From NCBI GenBank assembly GCA_046758505.1, contig JBHIAH010000001.1:83898-147897 (forward strand): a stretch of 64,000 bases of DNA. The letters run 5' to 3'. Source of the DNA: Candidatus Methylomirabilales bacterium. Its GTDB lineage: Bacteria; Methylomirabilota; Methylomirabilia; Methylomirabilales; CSP1-5. Shown in pieces: positions 9,944 through 18,889 of the stretch; position 1 is the stretch's first letter; each line of letters opens with the position of its first letter. A program made the position numbers and the translations under genes. The notes under the pieces are model-generated. The model saw only the letters and a program-made list of their open reading frames with translations, ran no database searches and was not told the origin of the DNA.

Positions 9944-10663
9944 ATGCGTCGTGTTTTTCTGTTGGCCCTGATCCTTGCCTGCGCCGTCTTCCCCTGGAAG
10001 CGGGGCGACGCGACCGAGCGTCTCGGGGTCATTCCTGAATCTCTCCTCCGCGATTCTACCTCCCAGGAAATCCGAGAGGTTGTCGAGGGGGCGTCCTACG
10101 TCGGGGAGAAGAAGGGGGTGATCTTCAAGGGGCACCGGGCGGTCTACGAGTACCTCCTGAACCATCTCGACTTCGCCTCCCAGCTCGGCCGGGTCCTGGA
10201 TCTTTCCGATTACGCCGTCGAGCAGACGGGAGCCCGGGGCTACGAGGCCACCACCCCCCGGGGGGGATGGGCTCACCTCCAGGTGATCTATGCCGAGGGT
10301 GAGAAGCGGGTGGTCCTCGCCCGTGGGAGATACGGCCGGGCGGTGGTCGTGCTCGATTACACCTCCTTCAATCGCGAGGGGGAGAGTTACATCCTCAGTG
10401 ACCTGTACGGGTACGTCCGGGCGGATAACCCCATCCTCGATCTTCTCCTGGGCCTCTTCGGGGGGATCTTGAGTCATCGGGTCAACAAGATCTTCAGCAG
10501 TGTCGCCGAATTGAGCGAGCGCGCCTATACGGCCCCAGCCACCTTCTACGCGGAGCTCCTTCGTCACCCGGAGCTTCCCGCCCACCACCGCCTCGAGTTT
10601 GCAGAGATCCTGAATCGAGCCTCGCATGGCGAGGCTCGGGCGTTTTACGTTTCGCCCACCTGA
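9944..10663 (+). CDS. Secreted hypothetical protein
   Basis: GGAGG RBS and signal-peptide-like N-terminus MRRVFLLALILACAVF. No recognisable domain. Confidence 0.55.
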   Translation: MRRVFLLALILACAVFPWKRGDATERLGVIPESLLRDSTSQEIREVVEGASYVGEKKGVIFKGHRAVYEYLLNHLDFASQLGRVLDLSDYAVEQTGARGYEATTPRGGWAHLQVIYAEGEKRVVLARGRYGRAVVVLDYTSFNREGESYILSDLYGYVRADNPILDLLLGLFGGILSHRVNKIFSSVAELSERAYTAPATFYAELLRHPELPAHHRLEFAEILNRASHGEARAFYVSPT

Positions 10664-10769
10664 GCATCTCTCCTAAAGAGGTCTTTGCGGCTCACATCGT
10701 TGTCGCGTCAGCTGAGGTCTGCATCCCGGCCCGCTGAAGAACGGACCCGCTGAGGCGTTCGTCCCACAC

Positions 10770-11597
10770 CTACTCTACAAAATCAAGCTCGACCGGCCGG
10801 GGCAAGATCCCGCTTTCGAATCCCCGCTGCAGCAGTCTCTTCACCGCCCGCCGTCCCTCCGGTCCGTAGGACAGGGTTAGCTCATTCACATACATACCGA
10901 CGAAGGTATCCGTAGAGGACCGGTCCATCCCGCGACCAAAATCCATGGCGTAACTGAGGGCCTCGTGCCGATGCAGGAGGGCGTACTGAATGCCGGCTTG
11001 GAGGAAATGGGCAATCTGCCGCATCCGGGCCCCTCCCAGGTCCCGCCGGACCGCGTTCACGCCCAGCGGCAGCGGGAGTCCCGTCTCGTCATGCCACCAG
11101 GCTCCCAGGTCCAGGCTGTTTACCAGCCCGTGCTCCTGATACGTGAGCTGCCCCTCGTGGATGATCAGGCCTGCGTCGTACCTCCCCTCGGCCACCGCTC
11201 CGAGGATCTGGTCGAAGGGGAGGACGGCGTACGGAAACTCCCCCAGGCAGACCCGCAGGGTGAGAAAGGCGGTGGTGAGGGTCCCGGGGATCGCGATGGT
11301 TTCCCGTCGGAGATCATCAGGGCTGAGAGGTTTCCGCGAGACCAGGATCGGCCCATACCGCTGCCCCATGCTGGCACCGTGGGGGAGCAGGGCATACTTG
11401 TCGGCCACATACGCGTACGCATGGAGCGACAGGGCAGTCACGGGAAGCCTCCCCTCCATCGCCCAGCGGTTCAGGGTCTCGATATCCCGCAGCACGTGGC
11501 GGAACACGAGGTCGCCCGTCTCGAGCTTCCCCGCCGTGAGGGCGTAAAACATGAAGGCATCGTCCGGGTCCGGACTGTGCCCCACCTCGATAACCAT
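10770..11597 (-). CDS. mqnD: MqnA/MqnD-family menaquinone (futalosine pathway) protein, MqnD-like
   Basis: N-terminal VGHSPDPDDAFMFYAL resembles the HSPxPND motif of 1,4-dihydroxy-6-naphthoate synthase. The start is set to ATG 11597 because the ORF-track start at 11615 lies inside a heptamer array. Confidence 0.65.
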   Translation of the reverse strand: MVIEVGHSPDPDDAFMFYALTAGKLETGDLVFRHVLRDIETLNRWAMEGRLPVTALSLHAYAYVADKYALLPHGASMGQRYGPILVSRKPLSPDDLRRETIAIPGTLTTAFLTLRVCLGEFPYAVLPFDQILGAVAEGRYDAGLIIHEGQLTYQEHGLVNSLDLGAWWHDETGLPLPLGVNAVRRDLGGARMRQIAHFLQAGIQYALLHRHEALSYAMDFGRGMDRSSTDTFVGMYVNELTLSYGPEGRRAVKRLLQRGFESGILPRPVELDFVE

Positions 11598-11601
11598 TCG
11601 C

Positions 11602-11636
11602 GGTTCATGGTTCATGGTTCACCGTCCATGATTCGG
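11602..11636. repeat. Heptamer array: GGTTCAT GGTTCAT GGTTCAC CGTCCAT GATTCGG
   Basis: Five units in a 7-nt register, immediately 5' of the mqnD-like start on the minus strand. Confidence 0.8.
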
Positions 11637-12071
11637 TTCCAACAGCACCTGCAGGCCCCGCGCGCCTGGCCTCCCGCGGCGACCCTGGTCGGCGGCTTAC
11701 GCCCTGGGTCCCTCCGTGTTCACGCTCCGTGCAGCAACCATGGGCACGAATCGCGCCTCGGTTTCCCAGGCCGTCGCCTGCCGGGGGGCCCCGCCGCTTC
11801 CGGCAATGTCGCTCGGGGCCTGCAGGTGCTGCCCAAGAACAAGATAAATTCCTCAGGAGCATCGGATCTCTTCGGGAGGGCGAGGGGAGCTGGGCCTGGA
11901 CCCGGCGGAACCTGGTTTGCGGGCGGCCGGGGTTCCGCCGCCGGAGCGGAGCGCAGGTGGGGGTGGCCGTCCTGGGCACCGAGTGGAAAACACCGCGCGT
12001 AACGAAAATCTCTCGACACAGGCACCCGTGGAATTTTTTCGCCGACGCAGGCTGGTCCCTGAGCCGCCCCG

Positions 12072-12794
12072 TCACCTTACCGTGTCGCCGGGCTTCAGCT
12101 CAATCACCCTGAGCCCCCGGATCCCCTTGGTCAGCTGCCTCAGCTTCGCCGGAGTCCCGGTGAGCGGCGGGAAGGTCCCGTAGTGCATCGGAATGACCCA
12201 CTTGGGCTTCAGGAGTCTACAGGCGTATGCCGCCTCTTTCGGGGACATAGTAAAGAGATCTCCGATAGGGAGAAAACAGAGCTGTGGCTCATAGAGCGCC
12301 GCGATGAGCCGCATGTCCCCGAAGACCTGGGTGTCCCCTGCGTGGTAGAAGGTAAAGCCGTTTTCCAGGGTGACGACGTACCCGGCAGGATCCCCGCCGT
12401 ACACGAGGCGGCCCTCTTCATCCTGGATCCCCGAGCTGTGGAAGGCCTGGACCATGGTCACTGAAACGCCCTCCACCCGCTGGGTCCCGCCCATGTTCAT
12501 GGGAAGGGTATTCCCGACTCCCCGGCTCTCGAGGAACGCGGCGATTTCGAAGATCGCCACGACCTTCGGGTTGTGGCGCTTGGCGAGGGCGGCCGCATCG
12601 GTCATGTGGTCAAAGTGGCCGTGGGTGATCAGCATGAGATCAATCTTGTCGACCGTCTTGAGACGCTCGGGACAGGCGGGATTTCCCATGACCCAGGGAT
12701 CAATCAGAATATGGAGTCCCTTGGGAGTGACAACCTTGAACGTGCTGTGTCCGTACCAGGTGATGGTACAATCTCTTTTGAGCACCATGGTCAA
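12072..12794 (-). CDS. MBL-fold metal-dependent hydrolase (UPF0173-like)
   Basis: ITHGHFDH metal motif, GGGAGG RBS, 240 aa. Confidence 0.8.
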   Translation of the reverse strand: MTMVLKRDCTITWYGHSTFKVVTPKGLHILIDPWVMGNPACPERLKTVDKIDLMLITHGHFDHMTDAAALAKRHNPKVVAIFEIAAFLESRGVGNTLPMNMGGTQRVEGVSVTMVQAFHSSGIQDEEGRLVYGGDPAGYVVTLENGFTFYHAGDTQVFGDMRLIAALYEPQLCFLPIGDLFTMSPKEAAYACRLLKPKWVIPMHYGTFPPLTGTPAKLRQLTKGIRGLRVIELKPGDTVR

Positions 12795-12983
12795 CCTCCC
12801 TTTTTAAGAACATTGGAATAAGATCGATCCTCCCAGAGAAAGAAAGGCAGGCCGAGTCTTGCACAAACACGCCTCAATATCAATAGATCCACCGGGAAAG
12901 TGGAGCGAAACCAATCCTCTCCCTGGCGCGTCCCAGGGGTGAGGGCAAATTGGCCGAATGAGCTGGATGTCAGCGAGGGAGGA

Positions 12984-14783
12984 TCAAGGGACGTCGACCA
13001 GCAAGGGAACGATCTGGCCGGTCTTGACCTGGAGGAGCCCGCGCTCCCTGAGCCTCAGGGCCGGGATCGCGGTGAAGGTGAGCGCTTGCAGTGTCAGGAG
13101 GGGGTCCGGAAGCGTTGAACCCAGATCCTTGACCGCCCGTTTAATGCGGCCCATTTTCTCCGCCAGGATCGGGACCGGCTCTTCGCTGATGATCCCCCCA
13201 ATGGGCATCGGCAACTCCTCCACGACCGCCCCGTCGGCCGCGACCACAAAGCCGCCGCCGATCTCCACCAGGCGGTTCAGCGCCAAAGCGATATCTGGAT
13301 CGGCCACCCCGAGGGCCACCAGGTTGCTGACATCGAACGAGAGGCTCGAGGCCACCGCCCCGTGCCGCAGGCCGAATCCCGTGACGAACCCCACCGTCCT
13401 CTGTCCGAGCCCCTGCCGGTCGAACACGGCGGCCTTCAGCACATCCCTCTGGGGCTCCGCGATCACCGCCCGCTCCTCGACCGGCAAGGACAGGCTGATC
13501 TCCCGGGTCAGGATGGGACCGGCAATACCCACCACCCTCACCTTGGTCCAGCCGCCCAAACGGTCCGCCGGGACCTTCAGATCCTCCGGCGTGAGCCGTT
13601 GCGGCAGGTCAGGCCTGGGGAGGGCTTCCCACAGTCGAGGGTTTGCCTTGATCTCTACCAGGCTCTTCCCCTCCCGCGCGACCACCCTGCCTCTGCTGAT
13701 CACCAGCTCGGGCTCGATCCGCCTCAGATCCGGAACCACCAAGAGGTTGGCGTACTTTCCCGGTCCGATGCCCCCCACCAGGTGGTCGAGCCCGAAGTGT
13801 TCCGCGCAGTTCAGCGTGGCCGCCCGCACGGCCCAAACCGGATCCAGACCGACCTCGATCACCCGCCGGACCGCATGGTCCATGCTGCCACGACTGAGGA
13901 GGTCATCGGGCCAGACGGTATCAGTGACCAGGATCAGGCGCCGGAGATCGACCCCCGAGAGGATCACCTCACGCAAGGCGCCCAGGTCCTGACGGACCGA
14001 GCCCTCCCGGACCATCGTATGCAACCCAAGGCGAATCCGCTCGACCACCTCCTCCGCCGTGATCGGCTCGTGGCAGGAGCCGATCCCGAGGCCAACGAAT
14101 TGCTGGAGCTTCCACCCGCGGGCCCCGGCGCCGTGCCCCTCGACCTGTTTTCGGAGGAAGTGGGCCTTTTCGATCAAGGGGATCAGCTCGGGCGGAGACT
14201 TCACCGCACGATGCCAGTAGATCTCCCCAAGCCCGAGGACCAGGGGGTGCTCCAAGAGATCCGCCACCTCCGCCGCCCCGATGACCGGCTGCCCGTCCCC
14301 CCGGTCAGAGCAGAGCAGAGAGATAGAAGGCGCCGTCGTGTAGACCAGGATGGGCAACTCTTCCAGCCCTGCGAGGAAGGCCCGGAAGGCCGCCGCGCCA
14401 CCCACGTTCGCCGCATGGACCAACTCGGTGATGACCGTGGTCAGACCCTGCGGGATGGCCACATGCAGAAACTCGTGGAGGCTCTGTACATTATCGAGGT
14501 GGGTGTGCCCCTCGACCAGTCCGGGAATGAGATACTTATCTTTCGCGTCGAGGATCTCGGTTTCGGGGCCGACGATATGGTCCAGATCGGGGCCCATGGC
14601 GCAAATCCGCTCCCCCTGAACGGCCACTCCCCACCCTCCCAGGAGCTCCCCGCTGTAAACATTGAGAAGCGTACCGCCCCGGACGATCAGGTCCGCCGGC
14701 CCTGTTATTCCCCCCTCCGCGGCGACCGTCTTCGCCACCTGAAGCCCCCCCCCAAGAAAAAAAGACCCCCGGGACCCGCACAA
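12984..14783 (-). CDS. ade: Adenine deaminase
   Basis: About 600 aa amidohydrolase. N-terminal DLIVRGGTLLNVYSGELL and GLVEGHTHLD. Length and layout are typical of Ade. The exact start is uncertain. Confidence 0.75.
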   Translation of the reverse strand: MCGSRGSFFLGGGLQVAKTVAAEGGITGPADLIVRGGTLLNVYSGELLGGWGVAVQGERICAMGPDLDHIVGPETEILDAKDKYLIPGLVEGHTHLDNVQSLHEFLHVAIPQGLTTVITELVHAANVGGAAAFRAFLAGLEELPILVYTTAPSISLLCSDRGDGQPVIGAAEVADLLEHPLVLGLGEIYWHRAVKSPPELIPLIEKAHFLRKQVEGHGAGARGWKLQQFVGLGIGSCHEPITAEEVVERIRLGLHTMVREGSVRQDLGALREVILSGVDLRRLILVTDTVWPDDLLSRGSMDHAVRRVIEVGLDPVWAVRAATLNCAEHFGLDHLVGGIGPGKYANLLVVPDLRRIEPELVISRGRVVAREGKSLVEIKANPRLWEALPRPDLPQRLTPEDLKVPADRLGGWTKVRVVGIAGPILTREISLSLPVEERAVIAEPQRDVLKAAVFDRQGLGQRTVGFVTGFGLRHGAVASSLSFDVSNLVALGVADPDIALALNRLVEIGGGFVVAADGAVVEELPMPIGGIISEEPVPILAEKMGRIKRAVKDLGSTLPDPLLTLQALTFTAIPALRLRERGLLQVKTGQIVPLLVDVP

Positions 14784-14812
14784 ATTGTTCCACGTCCCAT
14801 GGGGTGCGCTTT

Positions 14813-15325
14813 TCAGTTCAGCATGCCGATCAGGCGGTGGAGCTCCCGCCGGGCCCCCTGATGATCCGGATCATACTCCAAGGCTTTCCGGACCTCGGCA
14901 ACGGCCTTCGCAATTTCTCCCTTTCGGGCATACAGACGGCCCAGATTGATATGAGGGTAGTGTCGGGGTTCGTACCGCTTGGCCTCCATGGCCTTCAAGA
15001 GCCAGGGGACGGCCTCGTCATACTCCCCCCTTTCCATCATATAGACCCCGATGTCGTTATACGGGTTCCCGAAATCGGGATCGATCTGGATGGCGATCTC
15101 GCACTCCTGGATCGCCTCATCGATCCTTCCCTGAAAGCTGTACGCCCACCCGAGAAAGGTGTGGGCCTCAGCGGTGGGATAGAACTCGATGGAGCGGCGG
15201 TAGTTCTCGATCGCGGCATCCAGATCACCCTTCATCTGATGCCGGTACCCTTCCTGGAAGAAAAACTCTGCCTGTTCGAGACCGGCGGGATCCGTCATCG
15301 CCTTGCCCCCCTCTGCCGACTGCAC
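14813..15325 (-). CDS. TPR-repeat protein
   Basis: Repeated A..Y..AI...P....A-type 34-aa units (AIENYRRSIEFYP, AIQIDPDFGNPY, ALEYDPDH). Confidence 0.75.
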   Translation of the reverse strand: MQSAEGGKAMTDPAGLEQAEFFFQEGYRHQMKGDLDAAIENYRRSIEFYPTAEAHTFLGWAYSFQGRIDEAIQECEIAIQIDPDFGNPYNDIGVYMMERGEYDEAVPWLLKAMEAKRYEPRHYPHINLGRLYARKGEIAKAVAEVRKALEYDPDHQGARRELHRLIGMLN

Positions 15326-15385
15326 AGGGCCTGCGTCTCATCGTCAAGTACCATAGAGCTCACATGCTGTCAAGGCGGGTGTCGC

Positions 15386-16600
15386 TTATGGGTGCGCGGC
15401 GACCGCGATCCGCTCGAGCACCGGCGGGTGAGTGTAGAGGAGGAGGACGGCCCAGCGGGGCGGCGTGATGTCGGCCAGGTTGGACCGAGCCAGGTCCACC
15501 TCCACCTTGACGTAGGCCTCGGGGTTTCCCGAAAGCTCGAGCGCCGCGTGGTCCGCCTGGCGCTCGAACCCGCGCGAGATGGCGTTCTGCAGCGGCAGCG
15601 TCACGAGGCTCAGGATGAAGAGGACCAGAACGAGCAAGGGCAGCCCGGCGGGGTCCGCGGGATGGACAAGGAGATGTTGAGCGGTCCCCCATCGGAGAAC
15701 GAGGGCGGCGATGCCGAGCCCCAGGAAGAGGGCCAGGATCGAGAGCCCCACCCCCTTCCAGATGTGGTGATGGATCCGGTGGCCCATCTCATGGGCTAAC
15801 ACCACCTCCACCTCCTCGGGAGAGGCGCGCTCGAGGAGCGTGTCGTACAGGACAATGCGCTTGGTCCGGCCGAAGCCAGTGACATAGGCATTGCCCTTCA
15901 CCGTCCTTCGGCTCGCATCCGCCTCCAGCACCTGCCCCACGGCAATGCCGGCCCGATCCGCCAGCTTCAAGACCCGACCCTTGAGATCAGCATCCGTGAG
16001 TGGCGTGAAGGTGTAGAAAAGGGGATCGATGACGATCGGAGCCAGAAAGGTAAGTAGGAGAATCAGCCCCCCCACGACGCCCGTTGCTGGAAGGAACCAA
16101 CGCGAGGGGTCACGCCGGATGAACAGATAGAAGACATTCACCGTCAGCAAAAGCAACACCCCCTGGACGAACAGTCCCTTGGCCCAGTCCTGGAACCATC
16201 CCCCGAGCCCATGGGTGGAGAGGCCATACGAGTGCTCCCGAATGTACCCGCCGTACACGTCGAGCGGGAGGAGAATAAACCGGAAGAGGAGCAGAAGGCA
16301 GGCCGCATACAGGGTCAGGGTGAGCCAGGGGCGATGGCCGGCCCAGGCCGCGCTGAGGTCCCGCAGGGTTCGAGTGGCGGGGGTGAAGGTAAACAGAAGG
16401 AAGAAGGCAAGCGTAATGGCGCTGCGGACGCCAAAGAGGAGATACCGCCCCTGCATGTAGCTTTTGCCCCGCGCGATCTCCTGTGGGGTAAAGTACCGGA
16501 GCGCGACCTCATTCGCCGGCACCGCACTGCCGCCGAGGCCCGCAGTCGTCAGCAAGAGCCCCAGGCAAAGGACGCCGATGGCGGCCGAGAGGATACGCAT
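15386..16600 (-). CDS. M48-family (Ste24/HtpX-like) zinc metalloprotease
   Basis: HEMGH zinc motif and multiple TM segments. The start is set to the MRILSAAIGVL Met at 16600. Confidence 0.8.
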   Translation of the reverse strand: MRILSAAIGVLCLGLLLTTAGLGGSAVPANEVALRYFTPQEIARGKSYMQGRYLLFGVRSAITLAFFLLFTFTPATRTLRDLSAAWAGHRPWLTLTLYAACLLLLFRFILLPLDVYGGYIREHSYGLSTHGLGGWFQDWAKGLFVQGVLLLLTVNVFYLFIRRDPSRWFLPATGVVGGLILLLTFLAPIVIDPLFYTFTPLTDADLKGRVLKLADRAGIAVGQVLEADASRRTVKGNAYVTGFGRTKRIVLYDTLLERASPEEVEVVLAHEMGHRIHHHIWKGVGLSILALFLGLGIAALVLRWGTAQHLLVHPADPAGLPLLVLVLFILSLVTLPLQNAISRGFERQADHAALELSGNPEAYVKVEVDLARSNLADITPPRWAVLLLYTHPPVLERIAVAAHP

Positions 16601-16727
16601 TGAAGTCACTCCGCGGCAACGAGATATACGGACTGTCGCTGAGTGTACCTTCATTCTTCAACAGTGGCAAGTCCGCCAGGACCGCGTCCGGGCTACGGCG
16701 CTTTCACGCTCCACACACCCCCCGTGA

Positions 16728-16736
16728 TGATATAAT
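16728..16736 (+). promoter_or_regulatory. Extended -10 element upstream of the ceramidase gene
   Basis: TGATATAAT. It is followed at 16745-16760 by the perfect palindrome CAGGCCC-GA-GGGCCTG. Confidence 0.4.
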
Positions 16737-16795
16737 CTACCGTTCAGGCCCGAGGGCCTGACCCCACGATTGGGCAAATCGGGCGAGGGCCTCCT

Positions 16796-18841
16796 ATGCG
16801 TGTCAACATAAAGCGATTCAGCTTTACGGCAATCCTGCTCTCGGCATCGACGATCCATGTGGCCGGAGCGACGGTTACTCCAATGGCCGCGTCGGGCCCT
16901 TGCGCCAATTCCAACACCTTTCTGATCGGGAGCGGAATTTACGACATCACAGGACCCGCAGCCGAATTGGGCATGATGGGCTATGCCCGCCTGGGCCAGA
17001 AAACGGCCGGGATCCACACGCGTCTCTGGTCGCGGGCCTTCGTCATCGCGTCCCCCTGCAACAATAACCGTGTCGTCCTGGTCACTGCGGATCTGGGAAT
17101 ACTCAGCCAGGCAGTGGCGCAAGGGGTCGTCGAACAGCTGGAGCACACCTTTGGTGACCTGTATACCGATCAGAACGTGTTGCTGAGCGCTACCCATACG
17201 CACTCCGGACCGGGAGGCTATTCCCACTACGCGCTTTACAACCTGACCATCTTCGGTTTTGATCGGCAAAATTTTCGTACCGTCGTCGACGGGATCTATC
17301 AGTCCATCGTCCGCGCGCACGACAACCTCGCAGAAGGAACCATTACGATGGCCACCGGTGAGCTCCTCGACGCCAGTATCAATCGTTCCCCCGTGGCCTA
17401 TGCACAAAATCCCGCAGCCGAGCTGGCAGTGCACCCTTTCGATACCGACAAGGTGATGACCCTCTTGAAGCTGGAAAAGCTCCACGGCCGGGAGATCGGC
17501 AGCATCAACTGGTTTCCCGTCCACGCCACATCAATGGGGAACGACAATACGCTCATCAGCGGCGACAATAAGGGGTATGCCGCCTACCTATTCGAGAAAC
17601 GGAAGGCAACGGACTACACGGCAGGTGAAACCTTTGTGGCAGCCTTTGCGCAAAGTAACGAAGGAGACGTGTCTCCCAACATTTTTGGAGGGACCGATGG
17701 CGGGGGTGCCACTGACTTCGAAAGCACCCAGATTTCAGGTCAACAGCAGTTCGCCAAAGCACTAGAGCTTTATAACGGTGCGACGGAGTTGCTTACCGGA
17801 GGGGTGGATTCCCGCCATACTTACCTCACAATGGATGAGGTGTCTGTGGCGCCAGCGTTCACCGGCGGTGTTGATCGCCGCACGTGTCCCGCCGCGATCG
17901 GCATTTCGATGCTGGCAGGTGCCGAGGAGGGCCCCGGCTTTGGTGAGGAAGGGTGGACCTGCCAAGAGATAGAGGATTTCTTTGGTGCATTCACGTGCGC
18001 AGGGCTGACCACCGCCTGCCAAGGTGAAAAGCCGATTGCGCTGGAAACGGGTACGCAGGAGCCCTTTCCATGGACGCCGGAGGTGCTGCCGTTTCACATC
18101 ATCACGATCGGCAAGCTGGCTCTGGTCGGTGTTCCCTTCGAGATGACCACGATGGCCGGACGACGCCTGCGCAGGACGGTGGAAGCTCAATTAGCGCCGG
18201 CGGGCATCGATACCGTGGTTATCGCCGGATTGGCCAACGCATATGCAGGCTACGTGGCGACGCGAGAAGGGTACAGCGTCCAGCACTACGAAGGGGCATC
18301 GACACATTTCGGCCCCTGGACGCTGGCAGCGCTGCAGCAAGAGTTCGACCGCCTCGCCTCAGCCCTCAGGGAAGGTTTCGACGTGGATCCCGGCCCCACG
18401 CCGAGAGACTTACGTTGTTGTCAGCACACCGTGCTCACCGGTGTGGTCTTTGACGACAAGCCGTTGTTCAAGCGCTTCGGAAGTGTTCACAAACACGCAA
18501 AACGATCGTACACTCGCGGGGAGACCGTCACGGTCATCTTCTGGGGCGGACACCCCAGGAACAACTTGAAAATTCAGGACACGTATCTCGAGGTGCAGCG
18601 CAGGATGAAGAGATCCTGGGTAACTGTCGCCACTGACCTGGATTGGGAGACTAAGTACCGGTGGCAGCGGGTTCCCTGCCCCCCCACGTTTGCCTGCTCA
18701 TATGTCACGGTCGAGTGGGAAATTCCCGAGGGTGCAGCGGGGGGATCGTACCGCATTCGGCACTACGGCCACTGGAAATCCGGCTGGAACGCAAGCATCC
18801 ATCCATACACGGGAACCTCACGCATCTTCACAGTCCAGTAA
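16796..18841 (+). CDS. Neutral/alkaline ceramidase
   Basis: Signal peptide, then DITGPAAELGMMGYARLGQKTAGIHTRLWSRAF, which matches the neutral-ceramidase N-terminal signature. About 680 aa. Confidence 0.8.
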   Translation: MRVNIKRFSFTAILLSASTIHVAGATVTPMAASGPCANSNTFLIGSGIYDITGPAAELGMMGYARLGQKTAGIHTRLWSRAFVIASPCNNNRVVLVTADLGILSQAVAQGVVEQLEHTFGDLYTDQNVLLSATHTHSGPGGYSHYALYNLTIFGFDRQNFRTVVDGIYQSIVRAHDNLAEGTITMATGELLDASINRSPVAYAQNPAAELAVHPFDTDKVMTLLKLEKLHGREIGSINWFPVHATSMGNDNTLISGDNKGYAAYLFEKRKATDYTAGETFVAAFAQSNEGDVSPNIFGGTDGGGATDFESTQISGQQQFAKALELYNGATELLTGGVDSRHTYLTMDEVSVAPAFTGGVDRRTCPAAIGISMLAGAEEGPGFGEEGWTCQEIEDFFGAFTCAGLTTACQGEKPIALETGTQEPFPWTPEVLPFHIITIGKLALVGVPFEMTTMAGRRLRRTVEAQLAPAGIDTVVIAGLANAYAGYVATREGYSVQHYEGASTHFGPWTLAALQQEFDRLASALREGFDVDPGPTPRDLRCCQHTVLTGVVFDDKPLFKRFGSVHKHAKRSYTRGETVTVIFWGGHPRNNLKIQDTYLEVQRRMKRSWVTVATDLDWETKYRWQRVPCPPTFACSYVTVEWEIPEGAAGGSYRIRHYGHWKSGWNASIHPYTGTSRIFTVQ

Positions 18842-18889
18842 GGAGACGCGCCCCACGCAACATCACTCACGGCGTGGCTCGCGCTTCTT

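Noticed and set aside
11605-12075. 156-aa minus-strand ORF upstream of the mqnD-like gene, and the ORF-track start at 11615.
   Set aside because: The Arg/Pro-rich translation runs through a heptamer array. The conserved MqnD N-terminus begins right after ATG 11597.
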